A stretch of DNA of 64,000 bases from Gemmatimonadaceae bacterium (GCA_036554285.1 DATBNO010000109.1:248-64247), one strand, 5' to 3'; shown: positions 30,910 through 40,702, numbered from the stretch's first letter. The notes: generated by a model from the sequence alone, not told the origin. Translations and numbers: made by a program.

Positions 30910-31881
30910 CTACTGCGACGTTAGGAGCCTGGTCGCGACGTCACCGACCACTTGAAGGCTCTGCGCCGACACTTTATCGAAGGTATCCTGGGGCGTATGA
31001 TGCCACGGGTAGTCGATGTCGATGACGTCGATGACGTGGAGCCCGACATTGAGGAGTGGGACGTGGTCGTCGGTGATAACTTGGCCGGGGGCGGGGATGA
31101 AGTACCGTGAGTAGCCCAGGTCGGCGGCGGTGTTCCAGACGAGGGAGACGACTTCGGGCGCTTGCTGCAGCGAGTGTCCTTCCTGGTAGATGTCGAGGTC
31201 GCGATCGCCGATCATGTCCCAGAGGATGCCGTACAAGGGTTTATAGTTAGGCGACGGCAGGTGTTGGGCGAAGTACGTGGAGCCGAGGAGGACGTCGACC
31301 AACTGGGACGGGTCGCCGTTGCCGAACTCGCCGTAGTCCTCGCCGTCGACGAACACGAGGTCGACGCCGACGGTGGGCGGCGTCTTGCGGAGGGCATCGC
31401 CTAACGCAACAAACAAGGCCACGCCGGACGCGCCGTCGTTGGCGCCGGGCATGGGGAGCGCGCGTTGGGCGGGATCGGTGGCGCCGTCGGAGATGGGGCG
31501 CGTGTCCCAATGCGTCAGGTAGAGCACACGTTGGGCGGCATCCGGGCGGAATCGCGCGATGATGTTCCGCAGCGGCAGGGTGTCGCCGTGCGCGGTGATG
31601 TGGGTCCACCGTTGTTCGAAAACGGTGTCGGCGCGCTGTTTCATTTGGGCGACGATCCAGTCGCCGGTCTTTTCGTGGGCGGGCGAGCCCGGGATGCGGG
31701 GGCCGAAGTCGAGCTGCGTCTTGACGAATCCGAGCGCCTCTTGTCCGTTGAACGAGGTCTTGGGACCGGTTTCGCGCGAGCACGCGGCGAGAGCGAAAGC
31801 GAGGGGCAGCATCCAGCATCGGGCGCGCAAAGACCGCTCCGGGATCGAAGTAATGAGTGGTGGGAAAGGTAGCATCGGCAC
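30910..31881 (-). CDS. M28 family metallopeptidase (glutaminyl-cyclase-like), probable lipoprotein
   Basis: LYLTHWDTRP...GANDGASGVALFVALG...VFVDGEDYG...WHHTPQDT metal-ligand pattern. Lipobox LAFALAAC suggests the true start may be 31812. Confidence 0.88.
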   Translation of the reverse strand: MPMLPFPPLITSIPERSLRARCWMLPLAFALAACSRETGPKTSFNGQEALGFVKTQLDFGPRIPGSPAHEKTGDWIVAQMKQRADTVFEQRWTHITAHGDTLPLRNIIARFRPDAAQRVLYLTHWDTRPISDGATDPAQRALPMPGANDGASGVALFVALGDALRKTPPTVGVDLVFVDGEDYGEFGNGDPSQLVDVLLGSTYFAQHLPSPNYKPLYGILWDMIGDRDLDIYQEGHSLQQAPEVVSLVWNTAADLGYSRYFIPAPGQVITDDHVPLLNVGLHVIDVIDIDYPWHHTPQDTFDKVSAQSLQVVGDVATRLLTSQ

Positions 31882-31984
31882 TGGAACGCGGGGACCGACC
31901 GGGTCGGCGCCTTCGCGGGGGCGCCGCGCGTCTTAGATTTGGGCAGATTACCTCGTCGCGCAGAGCGAACGCGAGTCCATATCG

Positions 31985-33622
31985 GTGAAGATTCTTCCGC
32001 GGTACGTGATCCGCGAGCACGTTGGGCCGCTCATCTTCTCGCTGTCGGCCCTGACGATCCTGCTCCTGCTCAATCAGGTGGCGAAGCAATTCGGCCAACT
32101 GGTTGGCAAGGGCTTATCGTGGGGCGTGATCGGCGAGTTCTTTTTGTTGTCGATTCCGTTCATCGTGGCGATGACGCTGCCGATGGCGGTATTGGTGGCG
32201 GTGCTGTACAGTTTCAGCCGGTTGGTGGCGGAGAACGAGGTGACGGCGCTGCGCGCCTCGGGCGTGAGCGTGCACCGCATCGTCGCTCCCGTGATGGCGG
32301 GTGGTGTGGTGTTGGCCCTGCTGATGCTGCTGTTCAACGATCAGGTGTTGCCGAGGGCGAATCATCGCCTTCGCACGCTGCAGACGGACATCGCGCGCAA
32401 GAAACCGACGTTCGCGTTGCGCGAGCAGGTGATCAACGAGGTGATCCCGGGCCGGATCTATCTCAAGGCGGGGCACATCGACAACGCGACGAACCGGTTG
32501 CGCGAGGTGTTCATCTACAACTTCGAGGATCCGGCGCACCGCAAGACGATCTACGCCGACAGCGGCCTCATGGGGCTCACGAGCGATGAAAGTACGCTCG
32601 AGATGACGCTGCAGCACGGCTTCGTGCTCCAGACGCCTAACGATGACCCGTCGTCGCTGCAGCGACTCTACTTCACCACCGACGTGGTGCGCGTGCGCGG
32701 CGTGACGAACAAGTTCGAGAAGACGGAGAAGGACGACTACCGGGGCGAGCGCGAGATGACCGTCTGTCAGATGAACCAGGAGTATCAGACGGGCGTCTAC
32801 CAGCTGGACCTGGCGCGGAGCGAGCTCGCGTCCACGTTGGGCAACACCGCACACTACGCGGCGACGGGCGAGCGAGCGCCGGTGAGCGCGCTGCCGACGC
32901 GACGCGAGCGCCAGACGTCGGGCGAACTCTACTGCGACATGATTCGCGGCGCACTGGGCGCCGTGGGGGTGCCGTCGGCGGAAGCGGCCGAGGTCCCGCG
33001 GGCGCAACACGGCACGGCGGCGCAACAGCCTAACGGAAAGGCGAAAGCCAAGCACCCGCCGCCCCACCCCGCTCCGACGACGCTCGGCGGCCTGCATCCG
33101 TTGACGACGACGCCCGGCCGGCCGGCGACGGTGCCCGTGTCGCCGCAGTTAGGCATGACGCCGATTCCGTACGTGACGCCGGCGCAGATCGAAGTGGTCA
33201 AGTCGCGCATCATCGACGCGCGCATCACCATGGCCCGGTATCAGGTCGAGATCCAGAAGAAGTTCGCCCTCGCGGCGGCGTGCATCATCTTCGTGATGTT
33301 CGGCGCGCCCATCGCGCTCAAGTTTCCGCGCGGGGGCGTGGGCGTGGTCATCGTCGTCAGCGTCATCGCGTTCGGCATCTACTATGTGTGCCTGATCGGC
33401 GGGGAGGCGCTCGCCGACAAGTTGATCCTGAGTCCCTTCTGGGCGATGTGGGCGGCGAACGCGATATTCGGCGTGATCGGCGGCGTGCTGCTGGTGCGGT
33501 CACAGAAAGTCGGCGCCACCGCGGTCGGACGCGATTCGTCGGAGCTCGTCGACCGCGCGCGACTGTGGTTAGGCCGACAGGCGGCGCGCATCGGTTTTGG
33601 CAAGATGCGGAGGACCGCGTGA
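31985..33622 (+). CDS. lptF: LptF/LptG-family LPS export permease (LptF-like) with an enlarged Pro/Ala-rich periplasmic insert
   Basis: GTG start. (M)KILPRYVIREHVGPLIFSLSALTILLLLNQ YjgP/YjgQ N-terminus. C-terminal 3 TM. Confidence 0.85.
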   Translation: MKILPRYVIREHVGPLIFSLSALTILLLLNQVAKQFGQLVGKGLSWGVIGEFFLLSIPFIVAMTLPMAVLVAVLYSFSRLVAENEVTALRASGVSVHRIVAPVMAGGVVLALLMLLFNDQVLPRANHRLRTLQTDIARKKPTFALREQVINEVIPGRIYLKAGHIDNATNRLREVFIYNFEDPAHRKTIYADSGLMGLTSDESTLEMTLQHGFVLQTPNDDPSSLQRLYFTTDVVRVRGVTNKFEKTEKDDYRGEREMTVCQMNQEYQTGVYQLDLARSELASTLGNTAHYAATGERAPVSALPTRRERQTSGELYCDMIRGALGAVGVPSAEAAEVPRAQHGTAAQQPNGKAKAKHPPPHPAPTTLGGLHPLTTTPGRPATVPVSPQLGMTPIPYVTPAQIEVVKSRIIDARITMARYQVEIQKKFALAAACIIFVMFGAPIALKFPRGGVGVVIVVSVIAFGIYYVCLIGGEALADKLILSPFWAMWAANAIFGVIGGVLLVRSQKVGATAVGRDSSELVDRARLWLGRQAARIGFGKMRRTA

Positions 33623-34707
33623 AGCGGCTGATGCATCCGCTCGACCGCTACGTCCTCGCCGAGTTCACCAAGATTCTCGTCGCCGCGTCACTCGGCTTCC
33701 CGCTCTTGGCGATCGTGATCGACGCCACCGATCACTTGCAGAAGTACTTGAGTCGCAACTTGAGTTGGGGACAAATCGGTCTCAGTTATCTGTACTGGGT
33801 CCCCGACTCGATGTTCATGGTGCTGCCGGCCGCCGTGCTGTTCGCGGCCGTGTTCTCGATCGGCGCGTTCACGCGGCACTCGGAAGTGACGGCCGCCAAG
33901 GCATCGGGCATCAGCTTTCATCGGCTCATCGCGCCGATTCTGGTCGCCTCCGTTTTCACGGCGCTGTTCACGGTGTTTTTAGGCGAGCTCGTGCCGGTGA
34001 CGGATCGCAAGCGGAACGACATCCTCGAGGAGCGCAAGTTCTCCGGCGTCAGCGACCGGTTCAACTTCGCATACGAGGCGCAGCACGGACGCGTCTACCA
34101 GATCTCGGCGCTCAACGTCGACCGGCGCGCGATCGATCACGTCACCATCGAGCGCAAAGGCAACGGCCCGGCGTATCCCACGTTCCTCGTCGCCGCGCAA
34201 ACGGCGAATTGGGACACGACGCGGCACGTGTGGATGTTGCGGCACGGCGAGCTGCACGTGATCCCCGACTCGCTGCAGACCATGTCGATTCACTTCGACT
34301 CGCTCCGGGACAACACGTTCACCGAAGGGCCGACGGACCTCACGGCGACACCGCCCAGCCCCGACGAGATGCGCTACGTGGAGCTGCGCCGGTTCATCTC
34401 GGCGCTCGAGCGATCGGGCGCGGACACGAACGAGCTCAAGGTGGAGCTGGCGCTCAAGATCGCGATTCCCGTCACGTGCATCATCATCGCCGTGTTCGGG
34501 GCGCCGCTGGCGACGAGCTCCCAACGAGGCGGCGCGGCATTCGGCATCGGGATCAGCCTCGCGACGACGATGATTTTCCTGATGCTCATCCAACTCACCA
34601 AGGCCGTCGGTCAGGGAGGCGTGGTGCCGCCGGCCTTGGCCGCGTGGTTGCCTAACATTCTGTTCGCCGCGATCGGCCTGGTGCTCATCGTGCGGGTCCG
34701 GACGTGA
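33619..34707 (+). CDS. lptG: LptF/LptG-family LPS export permease (LptG-like)
   Basis: HPLDRYVLAEFTKILVAASLGFPLLAIVID... YjgP/YjgQ pattern. GTG at 33619 overlaps the lptF stop (GTGA); an alternative ATG lies at 33631. Confidence 0.88.
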   Translation: MKRLMHPLDRYVLAEFTKILVAASLGFPLLAIVIDATDHLQKYLSRNLSWGQIGLSYLYWVPDSMFMVLPAAVLFAAVFSIGAFTRHSEVTAAKASGISFHRLIAPILVASVFTALFTVFLGELVPVTDRKRNDILEERKFSGVSDRFNFAYEAQHGRVYQISALNVDRRAIDHVTIERKGNGPAYPTFLVAAQTANWDTTRHVWMLRHGELHVIPDSLQTMSIHFDSLRDNTFTEGPTDLTATPPSPDEMRYVELRRFISALERSGADTNELKVELALKIAIPVTCIIIAVFGAPLATSSQRGGAAFGIGISLATTMIFLMLIQLTKAVGQGGVVPPALAAWLPNILFAAIGLVLIVRVRT

Positions 34708-34729
34708 GGCGCGGGGCGCGGAGGATCGC

Positions 34730-35587
34730 GTGAGCGCCAGCGTCTATCCGAGGCACAGCGGCCAGCGACCGACCAGCTCGTTTCCGGTGCCGCAGCGCGC
34801 CGCGATCCTGTTCTTCCGTCGCGTCGCGCGGATCACCATCGCCATCTTCAGCGAAGTCGGGTGGCGCGTGCACTTCCTCAGCGAGATCATGCGCGCGGTG
34901 ACCGAGCCGCGCACGTGGCTGCCGCTCACCATCACGCAGATGAAAAACATCGGCGTGGACTCGCTGCCGTTAGCCGGCATCGTCGCCGCGTTCATCGGTG
35001 CGGTGACCGCGTACCAGACCGTCTACCAGCTCTTCCCCGGCGTGCAGCTGTCGGCGGTCGGGTGGATCGTGCGCCAGAGCGTGGTGCTCGAGCTCGGGCC
35101 GTTGCTCACGGCGCTCGTGTTGGCCGGGCGCGTCGGCGCGCGCATGACGGCGGAGATCGGGACGATGCGGGTGACGGAGCAGATCGACGCGCTCGAGACG
35201 CTGGCCTACGATCCGATCGCGTATCTCGTGGTGCCGCGGACGGTCGCGGGCCTAACGATGGTGCCCATGTTGACAATCCTGTCGATCGCGATCGGGATCG
35301 TGTTCGGCGGGTTGACGGTGATCGTGGCCACGAAGGTTCGGCTCACGGACTACACTACTGGCCTGCACCTCACCTTCATTCCGTTTCAGGTATACTACGC
35401 GTTGATCAAAGCCACGCTGTTCGGCACGTCCATCGCGCTGATTTGCTCGTACGAAGGCTACGTGACGGAGACCGGCGCTGAGGGTGTGGGCCGGGCAACG
35501 GCGCGCGCCGTCGTGATCTCGTCGGTGGTCATCCTGCTGTTGGACGCGCTGACCGCGCTCTACCTCGCCCCTGCCCTCGCGCCATGA
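34730..35587 (+). CDS. mlaE: MlaE-family ABC transporter permease
   Basis: LGPLLTALVLAGRVGARMTAEIGTMRVTEQIDALETLAYDP conserved MlaE core. GTG start with GAGGA 4 nt upstream. Confidence 0.92.
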   Translation: MSASVYPRHSGQRPTSSFPVPQRAAILFFRRVARITIAIFSEVGWRVHFLSEIMRAVTEPRTWLPLTITQMKNIGVDSLPLAGIVAAFIGAVTAYQTVYQLFPGVQLSAVGWIVRQSVVLELGPLLTALVLAGRVGARMTAEIGTMRVTEQIDALETLAYDPIAYLVVPRTVAGLTMVPMLTILSIAIGIVFGGLTVIVATKVRLTDYTTGLHLTFIPFQVYYALIKATLFGTSIALICSYEGYVTETGAEGVGRATARAVVISSVVILLLDALTALYLAPALAP

Positions 35588-36537
35588 AGCGACGTGACGA
35601 AGTAATCGTTGGTGTGTTCGTGACCGTGGCGGTCGTGATCGGCGTCGTCGGGACGCTCTGGCTCGCGCGCCGCGGATTCAGCAAGTCGTATCCCATGTAC
35701 GCCCAGTTCGAGTGGGGCAACAACCTGAAGACGGGTCAGCCCGTGGAGCTGGCGGGCGTGCAAATCGGCTCGGTCGATCAGGTGACGCTGAATCCGGCCG
35801 GGTATCTGGACGTGACGATGGAGATCGACAAGCAGTGGAAGATCCCCGAGGGCACGTCGGCGACGGTGCAGAACGAGGGATTCTTCGGCGACAAGTCGAT
35901 CGCGCTGCACCCATGCCGGCGTCCGCAGGCGACGGTGGGAGCCGAAGGCGCGGCGCCGATCCCGGCGGCCAAGGATTCGACGCCGGTGTGTCGGCCTAAC
36001 GCATTCCTGCCACAGGGCGACACGATTCCGACGGGGAAGCCGGCGCCGAGCATGGACGAGCTACTCGGCCGCGTGGATTCGATGAGCACACAGATGTCGC
36101 TCATCGTGCACGCCTTGCAGGTGGAGTTGGTGCAGAAGAACGGCGTGCAGGACATCCACCAGACGATTCAGTCGACGAACGCACTGTTGGTCGAGCTGCA
36201 CAAGGTGGCGGCGCAACAATCGGAGGCGTTGTCGATGACGTTGGCGTCGATCCGGCGCAGCGCGGCGGCGTTGGACAGCGCGGCGCTCGACACGACGGTG
36301 CACAACGTGGCGGCGACGACGCGCAATCTGCAGGCGATGACGGCGGATCTGCAACGGACGTCGTCGCGGCTGGATTCGGTGATCACACAGGTCCAGCACG
36401 GGGACGGCACGGTGAGCAAGTTCTTGAACGATCCGGGCGTGTACAATCAGCTGCGGACGTTGTTGGCGCGAATGGATTCGTTGACGGCGGACGTGAAGGC
36501 GAATCCGAAGAAGTATTTCAACGTGAAGGTGTTCTAG
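35584..36537 (+). CDS. mlaD: MlaD/MCE-family substrate-binding protein
   Basis: N-terminal TM, then MCE fold LKTGQPVELAGVQIGSVDQVTL..., followed by a long helical C-terminus. ATGA overlap with mlaE. Confidence 0.9.
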   Translation: MKRRDEVIVGVFVTVAVVIGVVGTLWLARRGFSKSYPMYAQFEWGNNLKTGQPVELAGVQIGSVDQVTLNPAGYLDVTMEIDKQWKIPEGTSATVQNEGFFGDKSIALHPCRRPQATVGAEGAAPIPAAKDSTPVCRPNAFLPQGDTIPTGKPAPSMDELLGRVDSMSTQMSLIVHALQVELVQKNGVQDIHQTIQSTNALLVELHKVAAQQSEALSMTLASIRRSAAALDSAALDTTVHNVAATTRNLQAMTADLQRTSSRLDSVITQVQHGDGTVSKFLNDPGVYNQLRTLLARMDSLTADVKANPKKYFNVKVF

Positions 36538-36645
36538 AAAACGGGGAAGCGCGCGCTGGGGGAGGCGCTGCGCTGGGGGAAGCGGCGGCTCGCGCCGCCC
36601 TCGGAAACGGAGAACGGCGGAGCGTGGGAAGTGAGGCGTGGGCCG

Positions 36646-37212
36646 TTAGGCCGTCGAAAGGCGGCGGGCGTAGTCGGCGAGGCGGATCAGCAGGCGTTGG
36701 ACGAAGCCGCGGGTCGTGGCGTCCGTTAGGCGGAGGTTGGCATCGAACTTGGTCGCGGCGGCGCCGACGAGCACCTCGGGACCGGGTAGCACGTACGACT
36801 GCGTGAACACGAACGACTGACGGAGCGCCAGTTGTGCGCGCGTCGTGCCCGACGTGCCCGTGGTGGCGCCCATCAGCGCGATGGGTTTGCGGTGCAACGA
36901 CGAGTCCGACGGAGGGCGAGACGCCCAGTCGATGGCATTCTTGAGCGCGGCCGTCGGCCCGAAATTGTACTCGGGACTCGCGATGAGGAGTCCATCGGCC
37001 GCACGAACGGCGTTGCGCCACGCGACCGCCTGCGGTGGGCCACCGTTCGTATCGATGTCGGGATTGTAGAGCGGCAGGTCGCCGATCCCGACGTATTCCT
37101 CGATCACCATGTCAGGCGGCGCGAGCTCGATCGCGGCGTGGAGCAACGCGCGATTGTAGGACTTGGCGCGCAGGCTGCCGGACACGCCGAGGATGCGAAG
37201 TGGTGTCGTCAT
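36646..37212 (-). CDS. NADPH-dependent FMN reductase
   Basis: Start MTTPLRILGVSGSLRAKSYNRALL...LLIASPEYNFGPTAALKNAIDW. The TAA stop is inside motif copy 36644-36651. Confidence 0.9.
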   Translation of the reverse strand: MTTPLRILGVSGSLRAKSYNRALLHAAIELAPPDMVIEEYVGIGDLPLYNPDIDTNGGPPQAVAWRNAVRAADGLLIASPEYNFGPTAALKNAIDWASRPPSDSSLHRKPIALMGATTGTSGTTRAQLALRQSFVFTQSYVLPGPEVLVGAAATKFDANLRLTDATTRGFVQRLLIRLADYARRLSTA

Positions 37213-37246
37213 AGTCGCACGATCGTTCGAATGCGTCGACGAGAAT

Positions 37247-38791
37247 CTACACGGAATCCATGCCGGCGGCTGACGCGGCGCGTTTGGCACGGCGGCGCGC
37301 GGCCACACTGTAAAGCGCCGCACCGATCGCGTTCGCCACGCCGATCGTGAGCACGATCCGCACCCCGAACGCCCACCGACTCACCACGCCCACGATCGGG
37401 ACCACCGACAGCACGATGTAGAGCAGCGTCATGAGAAAGCCCGACACCGCGGCGACCACGAGCAGGCGCGGCGGGCGGCTGCCTAACCGGCGAGCGGCCA
37501 GTACCGGCAGCGCGAACATCGCGAGATACGTGAGCGCGTACAGCACACCCGACGCGGTGTCGAGCATCTGAAACGCCTCCTGGAGCCCGACGCCCGTGAT
37601 GCCGAACAGTAGAATCGCGAACGTGATCGCGGCCACGAATGCGATCGAATTGACGGGCGTCCGCCACCGCGGGTGCAGCGTGGTGAACCACGAGGGCAAG
37701 AGACCGTCCCAACCCGCGACCATGGGCAGCCGCGTATTGCCGGTGAAGAGCAGATTCGCGTTGGCAACGGCGCGCACGAACAGCAGCATCACCAGGAACG
37801 GCGCGACGGCGCCGAGCACTCCGGACGATCCGTACGCGAGGCGAAGGGCTTGCGGAATCGGCGCGACGAGATCGATGCCGGTGCCCTGCACCAGCGAAAA
37901 CACCGCGCTCGTGCCGAGGATGAACATCACGGCGATGATGGGCGTGGCCACGAAGACGGACCGCGAGATGCTGCGACTTGGATCGCGCGATTCGCCGGCC
38001 ATGATCGCCACCCACTCGAATCCGCTCAGCGCACCCATGCCTAACTTGCCCAATACGTTGGCGCTGAAGAGCGAGATGGTGGGAACGCCGCCGCCGAGCG
38101 GATGGTAGGTCACGTGCACGCCGCGCGCGGCAGCGACGAGCGGCGCCACGATCAGCGCGGCGAACGCGAGCAGTTGGGCGAGACCGCCGAAATTGTGGAC
38201 CCATTTGCCAATGCGCAGGCCGAAAATCGCCACCGTGACCATCAAGGCGATGAGCGCCACGCCGACGAGCAACTGGAATCGTTCCGTCCCTGCCAGTGCC
38301 GCCGCGCGCGGGCCGACGGCATACGCGAGCGTGCTCGATACCGCGAGACTGGTCGCGGCGAGCAACACCAGGGTGTAGACCCAGAGATTCCACGCCGTGA
38401 GAAATCCCCAGAACTCACCGAACCCGACTTTGGTCCATTGATACAGTCCGCCCTCGAGGGGCAGGCGCCGGGTGAGGTAGATCACCACCGCCGCCTGCGG
38501 CAAATAGAACAAGACGATGGCGAGGAGCCAAAACGCGCTTTGCGATTCGCCTAACCGCGCGGCGACGCCGACCCACGAGGAGCCGACGACGTAGAGAAGC
38601 TGCGTGAGGACGAGGTCGCGGAGCGCGAGCGGCCGCTTGAGCGCGGCACTCTGCTCCTCGACCTTGGCGAGAGATTGGCTCAGACGCGAAACGGCGGGCA
38701 GAGCCCGCCGATGGAAGCGGCAGTCGTCGGGACCGCCTGGAAACCGCCAGCAACCGTACGGTCGCGTGGACGGCCCGCGTCGCGAAGACAC
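37247..38791 (-). CDS. APC superfamily amino-acid permease
   Basis: 12-TM profile with LTRRLPLEGGLYQWTKVGFGEFWGFLTAW. The only canonical in-frame start is GTG 38791, which gives an odd 50-aa N-terminal extension, so the start is uncertain. Confidence 0.85.
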   Translation of the reverse strand: MSSRRGPSTRPYGCWRFPGGPDDCRFHRRALPAVSRLSQSLAKVEEQSAALKRPLALRDLVLTQLLYVVGSSWVGVAARLGESQSAFWLLAIVLFYLPQAAVVIYLTRRLPLEGGLYQWTKVGFGEFWGFLTAWNLWVYTLVLLAATSLAVSSTLAYAVGPRAAALAGTERFQLLVGVALIALMVTVAIFGLRIGKWVHNFGGLAQLLAFAALIVAPLVAAARGVHVTYHPLGGGVPTISLFSANVLGKLGMGALSGFEWVAIMAGESRDPSRSISRSVFVATPIIAVMFILGTSAVFSLVQGTGIDLVAPIPQALRLAYGSSGVLGAVAPFLVMLLFVRAVANANLLFTGNTRLPMVAGWDGLLPSWFTTLHPRWRTPVNSIAFVAAITFAILLFGITGVGLQEAFQMLDTASGVLYALTYLAMFALPVLAARRLGSRPPRLLVVAAVSGFLMTLLYIVLSVVPIVGVVSRWAFGVRIVLTIGVANAIGAALYSVAARRRAKRAASAAGMDSV

Positions 38792-38809
38792 GGGCCTCCC
38801 ATCACGCCG

Positions 38810-39317
38810 TTAGAAACTCAACCGCGCCGACAGCTGCAACTGATAGTAGTTCGTCGGGTTGTTCGAGATCAAGAATTTCTGGAATGCCGGATTGAAGGTA
38901 AAGGTCGGCTGGCCGGTCACCGGGCCCGTACCGGTGTGCGAGGACACGTTCATGAGGTTCTGGCAGGGATTCCGCCAGGTGTCGCGGACGAGGATCTGTC
39001 CGCGCGCATCGTGCAAGCAGAGCGTGCTCTTGATGAAGTTCTCGAACGCGGCCGCCTGCGTGGCCGGGAGACTCGGCGGTTTGCCGCCGCTCTGCGTGAT
39101 GTGGCGAACTCGATCTACGACGCGTCGAATACACTCGTCGGATATAGATGAGGTCGTTGCCGGCGATGCCACACGCATTCAAGTCGCCGCGGCCGCCGCT
39201 GCCCGCGTAGACGTCGTCGTACGGGCCGCCCGACTGTCCGATGTACTGCAGCGAGAGATCGGTACGCCACGTCTTCCACGGCATCTGAACTTGGTGCGCG
39301 TCCGACGAACGCGTCAA
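38810..39317 (-). pseudogene. C-terminal remnant of a TonB-dependent/carboxypeptidase-regulatory-like outer-membrane receptor; 5'-truncated and frameshifted
   Basis: Two overlapping frames together read ...GDLNACGIAGNDLIYI / SDECIRRV...QAAAFENFIKS...RDTWRNPCQNLMNVS...YYQLQLSARLSF*, ending with the terminal aromatic residue of an OMP beta-signal. The frame changes near 39140. No N-terminal plug or barrel is present. G+C is lower than in the flanks. Confidence 0.7.
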
Positions 39318-39349
39318 GCAAGCCGCTGTGAGCGTTTACAACGCGTCGG

Positions 39350-40702
39350 TCACGGTTCCACCGGCGCGCGCGTGACGCTGCCGCGGCGTCCAACGGTGGC
39401 GTAGTAGACGGGTATTCCGAGCGCGATACCACCCAGCACGGCGACCGTCGCCCAACGACTGGCCGGCGCGGCCACGGAGTTCACGAGCAGGTACACCGTC
39501 GCCAGAATGAACAGCGCGGGAACGACCGGGTAGCCGGGCACGCGGAACGGCGGATCGTACGAGGGGCGGCGACGCATGACGAATACCGCGCCCACGCCTA
39601 ACGCCAGGAACGGCACGATGGCGATCACGAACGCGTCGGCCAATTGCTGGAAATCGCGGACGAGCACGAAGATGATGCCAAGCATCGCACACAGCGCGAT
39701 GGATACGTAAGGCGTGCCGAAGCGCGGGTGCACGCTCGCCACCTTGCGCACGAAGAGGCCGTCGTCGGCCATCGCGAAAAAGATACGCGGCGCGGTGAGG
39801 ATCGAACCGTTGAGCGTGCCGAACGCCGACAGCATCACCGTAACTGCGACGAACACGACGCCGACCGGACCGACGACGCGCTCCGCCACGTCGGCGGCGA
39901 CGAGGGGCGAGCTCGCGATCTGGTCGACGGGTAGTACGGCGAGATACGCGAGGTTCGCCAGCGCGTAGATGAAAATCACGGCGAGCGTCCCAATGATGAT
40001 GCCGCGCGGCAAGTTGCGTCGCGGATTGTCGACTTCGCCGGCGACGAACGTCACGTCCTCCCAACCGTCGTACGCCCACAGAATGGACACGAGCGCGAGG
40101 CCGAACGCGGAGACGCTGATGCTGCCCGGCGGGAAAGCGGGCGAGAAATGACCGCCGGTATGCGGAAGCCCGAGCGCCAGCGCGAGCAGCACGATGAACA
40201 ACAGGCCGCCGTACTTGGCGACCGTCGTCACGTTCTGCACCAACGAACCCCACTTGAGACCCACGTAGTTGAAGGTTGCCGTGAGCGCGATGGCGACCGC
40301 GGCGATGTAGTGGACGTAGGCGTCGTATGGCGCCACGGCCGGGTTGTGGCCGAGCACGCGCAGCAAATACTCGGCGAATGTGGTAGAGATGGCGCCGAGC
40401 GCGGCCGCGCGGATGATCGCCAGCTCCGCCCAACCGAAGAGGAAGGCAGGTAGACGGCCCCACGCCTCTCGAAGAAACACGTAAATGCCGCCCGTGTCGG
40501 GCATCGCTCCGGCGATCTCCGCCAACGTGAGTGCGCCACAGAGCGCGAGGCAGCCACCGGTCACCCAGACCAGAATGAGAGGCAACGGTCCCGGGAGTTT
40601 CTGCGCGATGCCGGCCGGCGAGCGAAAGATTCCCGACCCGATCGTGGAGCCCACGAGGACGGCGACGGTGCTGAGCAAACCGAGCTGGCGGCGCAGAGGC
40701 AT
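39350..40702 (-). CDS. APC superfamily amino-acid permease
   Basis: Start MPLRRQLGLLSTVAVLVGSTIGSGIFRSPAG, the classic APC TM1 motif. 12 TM. Confidence 0.92.
   Translation of the reverse strand: MPLRRQLGLLSTVAVLVGSTIGSGIFRSPAGIAQKLPGPLPLILVWVTGGCLALCGALTLAEIAGAMPDTGGIYVFLREAWGRLPAFLFGWAELAIIRAAALGAISTTFAEYLLRVLGHNPAVAPYDAYVHYIAAVAIALTATFNYVGLKWGSLVQNVTTVAKYGGLLFIVLLALALGLPHTGGHFSPAFPPGSISVSAFGLALVSILWAYDGWEDVTFVAGEVDNPRRNLPRGIIIGTLAVIFIYALANLAYLAVLPVDQIASSPLVAADVAERVVGPVGVVFVAVTVMLSAFGTLNGSILTAPRIFFAMADDGLFVRKVASVHPRFGTPYVSIALCAMLGIIFVLVRDFQQLADAFVIAIVPFLALGVGAVFVMRRRPSYDPPFRVPGYPVVPALFILATVYLLVNSVAAPASRWATVAVLGGIALGIPVYYATVGRRGSVTRAPVEP

Noticed and set aside
36553-36599. Direct repeat CGCTGGGGGA x2 and hairpin GGCGGC-N4-GCCGCC in the mlaD / FMN-reductase convergent gap, considered as a bidirectional terminator.
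   Set aside because: The stem is only 6 bp with no U-tract on either strand, which is too weak to call.
39336-40463. 375-aa and 394-aa (37209..38393) same-strand alternative-frame ORFs inside the APC permease genes.
   Set aside because: They are off-frame to clear 12-TM permease CDSs. The translations are Arg/Gly/Ala-rich with no hydrophobic periodicity.
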